Positions 60,142-64,000 of a stretch of 64,000 bases of DNA are shown piece by piece. The stretch is from an uncultured delta proteobacterium. GTDB lineage: Bacteria; Myxococcota_A; Polyangia; Polyangiales; JAFGIB01. How positions within the stretch are numbered: the stretch's first letter is position 1; each line of letters begins with the position of its first letter. The notes under the pieces were generated by a model. That model had not been told where the DNA came from, ran no database searches, and saw nothing but the letters and a program-made list of their open reading frames with translations. The position numbers and the translations under genes are program-made. The DNA is taken from contig CAVZVA010000011.1 in assembly GCA_963778655.1 (NCBI GenBank), positions 1-64,000 of the forward strand, in the 5' to 3' direction.

Positions 60142-61263
60142 ATGATGCAGCGTAGACATCCCTTGCCGCGATGGAGCCTGCTGGCCGGTGGCGTCGTCCT
60201 GTGCGTGCTCAACCTGCGCTGCGCCAGCCGCGACAACGCGAGCTCGTCCAGCCAAGACAACGCCTCCGGCCTCGGTCCCGGCCTCGGCACAGCCGGCGCC
60301 TCCGCTGCGGCCAGCACAGGCACGGGCCGGGCCGCTACGACCGCGGCGGGCAGCGGGGGTCGCTCGAGCGGCGGCGGGGCGACGGGCGCCGGCGGCTCTG
60401 CGGGCGGCACCGGCGGCGCGGCTGCCGGCGGCAGCGCGGGCACGGGCGGCTCCCCGAGCGCGGGTGGTACGGGGGTCAGCGCCGGGTCGAGCATGGACGC
60501 AGGAGCCGACTCGGGAGCTGCGGCGAGCCGGCCCGGATGGACGCTCGTCTTCAGCGACGAATTCGACGGGCCCAAGGGCACGGCGGTGGACGGGTCGAAG
60601 TGGAACCTGGTCAACAAGGGCGACGGCTTCGGCAACAACGAGCTCGAGTTCTATACCAATCGCAAGGACAACGCCGCGCTCGACGGCAACGGCTTCCTGG
60701 TGATCACCGCCAAGAAGGAGGCCTACATGGGCAGGGACTACACCTCCGCGCGCCTCGAGAGCAACGGCAAGCTCGAGCGAGCCTACGGCCGCGTCGAAGC
60801 CCGGATCAAAATTCCGCGCGGCCAAGGCATCTGGCCGGCCTTCTGGATGCTCGGCAACGACATCAGCAGCGTGAGCTGGCCGCAGTGCGGCGAGATCGAC
60901 ATCATGGAAAACATCGGAAAGGAGCCATCCACCATCCATGGCAGCCTCCACGGTCCCGGCTACTCCGGCGGCAACCCGCTGGGGGCGGCGTACGCGCTGC
61001 CCAGCGGAGAAAACTTCGCGGACGCGTTCCACGTGTTCGCGATCGAGTGGGAAACGAACGTCATCCGTTTCTATGTGGATGACAACCTCTACGAGACTCG
61101 CACGCCCGCAGACGTGCCCGCAAACGGGCACTGGGTCTACGATCACCCCTTCTTCCTCCTCTTGAACGTGGCCGTCGGCGGGCAGTGGCCCGGCTCGCCG
61201 GACGATACGACAACGTTCCCGCAGACGATGACGGTGGACTATGTCCGGGTCTATGGGCGCTAG
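60142..61263 (+). CDS. Glycoside hydrolase family 16 (laminarinase-like) with Gly/Ser linker
   Basis: FSDEF, WPAFWMLG, GEIDIME catalytic motif, NVAVGG.WPG, VDYVRVY; SD GGAGG. Confidence 0.93.
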   Translation: MMQRRHPLPRWSLLAGGVVLCVLNLRCASRDNASSSSQDNASGLGPGLGTAGASAAASTGTGRAATTAAGSGGRSSGGGATGAGGSAGGTGGAAAGGSAGTGGSPSAGGTGVSAGSSMDAGADSGAAASRPGWTLVFSDEFDGPKGTAVDGSKWNLVNKGDGFGNNELEFYTNRKDNAALDGNGFLVITAKKEAYMGRDYTSARLESNGKLERAYGRVEARIKIPRGQGIWPAFWMLGNDISSVSWPQCGEIDIMENIGKEPSTIHGSLHGPGYSGGNPLGAAYALPSGENFADAFHVFAIEWETNVIRFYVDDNLYETRTPADVPANGHWVYDHPFFLLLNVAVGGQWPGSPDDTTTFPQTMTVDYVRVYGR

Positions 61264-61431
61264 AACACCGCACATATTGAAACGTGTGCGAAGTCGGGGT
61301 CATGGCGGGATGCAGGGTGCGGGCGGGAGCCCGAAGGCGTAGTCCATCCTACGTCGAGCCGGGGAGCGCGCGTGCCATGCGCCCGCGAGGGCCCCGAAAT
61401 CGTGCGTGTTTCAATCTGTTCGGCGCTCTAG
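61260..61431. mobile_element. MITE-like element family A, copy 3 (172 bp)
   Basis: CTAGAACACCGCACATATTGAAAC ... GTTTCAATCTGTTCGGCGCTCTAG; near-identical to 26595-26765. Confidence 0.85.
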
Positions 61432-61768
61432 GTCGCCGGCTGCAATCGCAGGGTGCCTCGCTTCGACGGACGCACCGGCGATCATGACAACGGAACCCGG
61501 CTCGATCTTTGCGGATCCGGAGAAGCCTGAGGTTGCGGAGAAGGCCGCAGGCGTCTCGAGTTTCGCGAAGTCTACGACGCATTTTTCGGCCGCGACTTTC
61601 GTCGGTGCCGACCTCTCGGGCGGCGTGCTCGAGACTCTCCGCCCAAGGGGTTGCTGACGCCGCCGGAAGTGGCACTTGAGCCAGAACTGGCAGTGCCACT
61701 CGCTGCGAACTTGCAACGCGACAAGCGAGCTTCTTCGCGGCTACGAGCCCACAGCTCATACCTTCCCG

Positions 61769-61784
61769 TGGCACGGCGATTGCT
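61769..61784 (+). promoter_or_regulatory. Sigma-54 (-24/-12) promoter
   Basis: TGGCACGGCGATTGCT matches TGGCAC-N5-TTGC exactly, about 45 nt upstream of the GTG start with a GGAGG SD. Confidence 0.72.
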
Positions 61785-61827
61785 TTCGTGTGCGTCGCAA
61801 AGAGCAACGCACACGAGGGAGGCCCGA

Positions 61828-63570
61828 GTGAACGCGCAGTGCCCCTTGAACGTCATCAGAGCGTTACGAGCTCAGGTTAGCACGACCGTCCTGCGAATCG
61901 CCTTGCTCGCAACGTGCGCGCTGTCCACACAGCTCGTCGCGCAGACGGCCTACGCCGACTGTGTACAAGGGCCGGACCCCGGGGGATCGGCCGCGATGAA
62001 GCCTGGAGGCAAAATTCTGCCTCATCCCGAGGTGGTGTTGATGTTCCTCGGCGACGACTGGAGCACCAACGACCCCAGTCCGCAGCTCCTGATCAGCCAG
62101 ATCCGTGACATGCTCAACGGCCCGTTGATAACCGAGTTGAATCAGTACGGCGTCATGACCGGGACGCTGTTTCCTGCGGTCGATATCATCGGAAATGCGG
62201 CTTCCGGCGTGCCGTTCCCAATCGACATCGATACCGGGAAGCAGTACATCACAGATGATGCGCTCGCGGGGTTCGTGGTCGGCGAAATTGGCGCGGGCCG
62301 CGTTCCGGCGCCCAGCCCGCTCGTCGACCGCATCTACTTCATCATGCTGCCGAACACGGTCAGCTCGCTGTATTCGACCAAGACTGATCTGAGCCAAGCC
62401 CGCGGCGCGCACGAGGCGGCCAGCTACAACGGGACACCGTTCTACTTCGCTTTCGCGCTCAACCGCTTCATCCCGCCCAACGAGCTTCTTGCAGCTGGTG
62501 GCAGCGGCGTCTTCTCTCACGAGTTCGTGGAAGCTGCTACGGACCCGGACACCAAGACGGGATGGCACCTACCGGCGACGCTCGATGGGCGTGAAGTGCA
62601 AGCCGAAATTGCTGATGTCTGCTGCAACAGCTACGTATCGCTGCACAACACGATCTACGCGCAGAACCTCTACTGGTCGCAGCAACAGGGCAAGTGCGTG
62701 ATGCCGTCGAGTTGGGACTCCATTTGGGGCTATACCGGCACGGGAACGACCTGGATCCCCGTCGCGGCCGCGCCTTCGCACCTGATTGTATCGGGGACTT
62801 ACGGGGTCGCGCTCGCCGACAACTACAATGACGTCTGGGTTGCGCCGGCGGGCCAGCCGTGGATCCGCACGACGAGCATCAGCCCGACGATGCTGGCCGT
62901 CACGGCAGAATCGGCCTACGCACTGAATTATAGGACAGCGAGAATCTATCGCTTTGATGGGGTGTCCGGATGGCTCGACATCGGACTACCGAGCACGACT
63001 GCACCGACCATGACGGGTATCTACGGCGGAGACTTCGGTCTCTTCGCGACCGATAGCTCCGGCAATGCCTACCAGTACGATCCAGCGCGTGGCACATGGA
63101 CACTCGTGCGATCCCAGATCAGCCAAATCGCCGTTTCCAAACGCGGCGTCTACATGCTTTCAGCGGATCATCTCACGCTGGCGTTCACCTCGACTCCGTA
63201 CAGCTACGGCGCGTTCTCGACGGTCGGAGCCAACGTTGGGGAAATGTTCGCCGCTCCCGGAGGAATTGCTGTCACTGATCTCTCGACGCGCTGGGTGATG
63301 TGGCGCAACGAGGTAGCCGGCACATGGACGTGGCAAGGTGCTGCCGAATACATGTTCGCCGCGACCGGCGACCCGGGCTCGCCGCAGTTGTTCGGGTTGC
63401 TCCCGGATCGGAGTGCTGTCATCGAGTCGGGAAGCTTGGCGCAGACCTTTCCGATATGGAACCTTGTGGGGCCCCGCGCCGGGCTGCTCATCGGAGGCGG
63501 CCAATTCCTCTATGCGCCCGCCAACATCATCTACAACAACGCCAATGGCGGAGATCTGGGGCCTTTCTGA
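61828..63570 (+). CDS. Secreted protein: Phi-1/EXORDIUM-like domain plus Trp-repeat beta-propeller-like domain
   Basis: Signal peptide ending AYA; SHEFVEAATDP...GW...EIADVC; C-terminal ~40-aa repeats ending in W; codon use less GC-biased than neighbours. Confidence 0.68.
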   Translation: MNAQCPLNVIRALRAQVSTTVLRIALLATCALSTQLVAQTAYADCVQGPDPGGSAAMKPGGKILPHPEVVLMFLGDDWSTNDPSPQLLISQIRDMLNGPLITELNQYGVMTGTLFPAVDIIGNAASGVPFPIDIDTGKQYITDDALAGFVVGEIGAGRVPAPSPLVDRIYFIMLPNTVSSLYSTKTDLSQARGAHEAASYNGTPFYFAFALNRFIPPNELLAAGGSGVFSHEFVEAATDPDTKTGWHLPATLDGREVQAEIADVCCNSYVSLHNTIYAQNLYWSQQQGKCVMPSSWDSIWGYTGTGTTWIPVAAAPSHLIVSGTYGVALADNYNDVWVAPAGQPWIRTTSISPTMLAVTAESAYALNYRTARIYRFDGVSGWLDIGLPSTTAPTMTGIYGGDFGLFATDSSGNAYQYDPARGTWTLVRSQISQIAVSKRGVYMLSADHLTLAFTSTPYSYGAFSTVGANVGEMFAAPGGIAVTDLSTRWVMWRNEVAGTWTWQGAAEYMFAATGDPGSPQLFGLLPDRSAVIESGSLAQTFPIWNLVGPRAGLLIGGGQFLYAPANIIYNNANGGDLGPF

Positions 63571-63785
63571 AAGAGTTGCGCGCCGCGGCTCCCTAAATGC
63601 CCGATCACGATTCGGAAACGGCCATGCCGCTCGGTCATTTGGCGGTGCGGCGGATGCCGCAGAGGGTGAATGCGCGAGGCTTTGCTTCGCGCGCCGGGAG
63701 TCGGCGCGACTCCCTGACAATCAAAGGAGAAATCAGAGCTTGTGGTTAGATCCCGAATCACAAGCTCTGATTCTTCGCCGTCGAG

Positions 63786-64000
63786 CTATACGCGGCGCGC
63801 GCGCAGGTCGGCCTGCCCGGGCTCCCGGCTACATGCGAGGACGGCCTGTGCCTCGGCCACGATCGCCAGCGCAATCTCGGCTGGCGTCTCGGCACCGAGC
63901 TGCAAGCCCACTGGGGCATACACGCGAGCGAGGCTGGCCGATTCCGGCGACGCGCCCGGCGCGGCACACTCGGCGAGCATGCGTTCGGTCCTCTGCTGCG
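63786..64000 (-). CDS. xdhC: XdhC/CoxI family Moco chaperone, C-terminal part (runs off the window)
   Basis: RVYAPVGLQLGAETPAEIALAIVAE. Confidence 0.85.
   Translation of the reverse strand, partial: QQRTERMLAECAAPGASPESASLARVYAPVGLQLGAETPAEIALAIVAEAQAVLACSREPGQADLRARRV

Noticed and set aside
61432..61760. Short ORF with an FVGADLSG pentapeptide-like stretch
   Set aside because: A single repeat unit only, with no other support.

Overview
Very GC-rich, gene-dense bacterial DNA whose gene content suggests Myxococcota/Polyangia (inference): Gly/Ala-linker lipoproteins, a vWA lipoprotein, a TIGR02147 protein and PilZ proteins. Recognisable modules are a marR/kamA-like divergon with a perfect palindromic operator, mscS, an MBOAT/SGNH O-acylation cluster, an arsenosugar-type cluster (arsS, DedA/TVP38, flavoprotein disulfide reductase, two glycosyltransferases, AhpD) whose upstream methyltransferase survives only as a collapsed remnant, a complete kdpFABCDE locus, a mocA-iorA-iorB-like Mo-hydroxylase set, and several secreted hydrolases. 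I saw no rRNA, tRNA, CRISPR array or transposase. The most unusual signals are: (i) a structured GGC-ACGC-GCC hairpin repeat found in-frame inside kdpA, kdpB and a TMTC-like gene, plus one intergenic copy; (ii) a 171-172 bp CTAG-bounded MITE whose three copies all sit on TAG stop codons, one carrying a second nested MITE; (iii) a B12-dependent radical SAM enzyme fused in-frame to an internal lipoprotein signal and a Cys-rich tail; (iv) an SGNH-esterase fusion. Family calls come from motif recognition only, no searches were run, and several start codons are best guesses.
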